Assembly (NCBI GenBank): GCA_963823555.1
Contig: CAWGMA010000001.1
Coordinates: 768,001 to 832,000 of the forward strand
Length of the DNA stretch: 64,000 bases
Direction of reading: 5' to 3'
Source of the DNA: Candidatus Eiseniibacteriota bacterium
GTDB lineage: Bacteria > Eisenbacteria > RBG-16-71-46 > CAVPCR01
Made by a program: the position numbers and the translations under genes. Below, one piece after another: positions 63,961-64,000 of this stretch (positions within the stretch are counted from its first letter, which is position 1; each line of letters starts with the position of its first letter). Below the pieces are notes generated by a model. The model saw only the letters and a list, made by a program, of their open reading frames with translations, searched no databases and was not told the DNA's origin.

Positions 63961-64000
63961 TGGCACGCGTCAAGAACTGGCAGATCGGCCGCGAGATGTC
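63960..64000 (+). CDS. nxrB: NXR/Nar beta subunit N terminus (partial)
   Basis: TGATG overlap; MARVKNWQIGREM resembles the NWQLGR start of periplasmic-type NxrB; only 13 codons visible. Confidence 0.7.

Overview
High-GC bacterial chromosomal window. Two T9SS/FlgD-Ig-like C-terminal domains, a secretin and an outer-membrane barrel suggest a diderm of the FCB superphylum, possibly an Eisenbacteria/Latescibacterota-like lineage (inference). In order: end of hutU and hutI; a coiled-coil protein; a frameshifted SgmX-like TPR protein; a PHP phosphoesterase; an ECF S component, TonB-receptor-like barrel and ComEA-like gene; a Myxococcus/Geobacter-style type IVa pilus locus (pilB, ~9.6 kb insert, pilT, pilC, pilS, rlmD, pilR, pilA, ABC/TPR genes, pilD, pilMNOPQ) with three sigma-54 promoters; purD-purE-tsaC-LMW phosphatase-glyA-LOG; a desaturase/FAD oxidoreductase/DUF1365/cfa/DUF1295/methyltransferase lipid cluster; and secreted and signalling proteins. 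After an AT-rich Crp/Fnr-type promoter region comes the most notable system: a tightly coupled operon encoding an NAD(P)/FAD FeS flavoprotein, Rieske protein, fused cytochrome b, 7-heme cytochrome c and a Tat-exported NXR/Nar-type molybdoenzyme (NxrA-like plus the start of NxrB-like). It is a candidate flavo-Rieske/cyt b-nitrite/nitrate oxidoreductase module; reaction direction cannot be read from sequence. No rRNA, tRNA, CRISPR array or transposase was recognised. All family calls are by eye from motifs; no searches were run.
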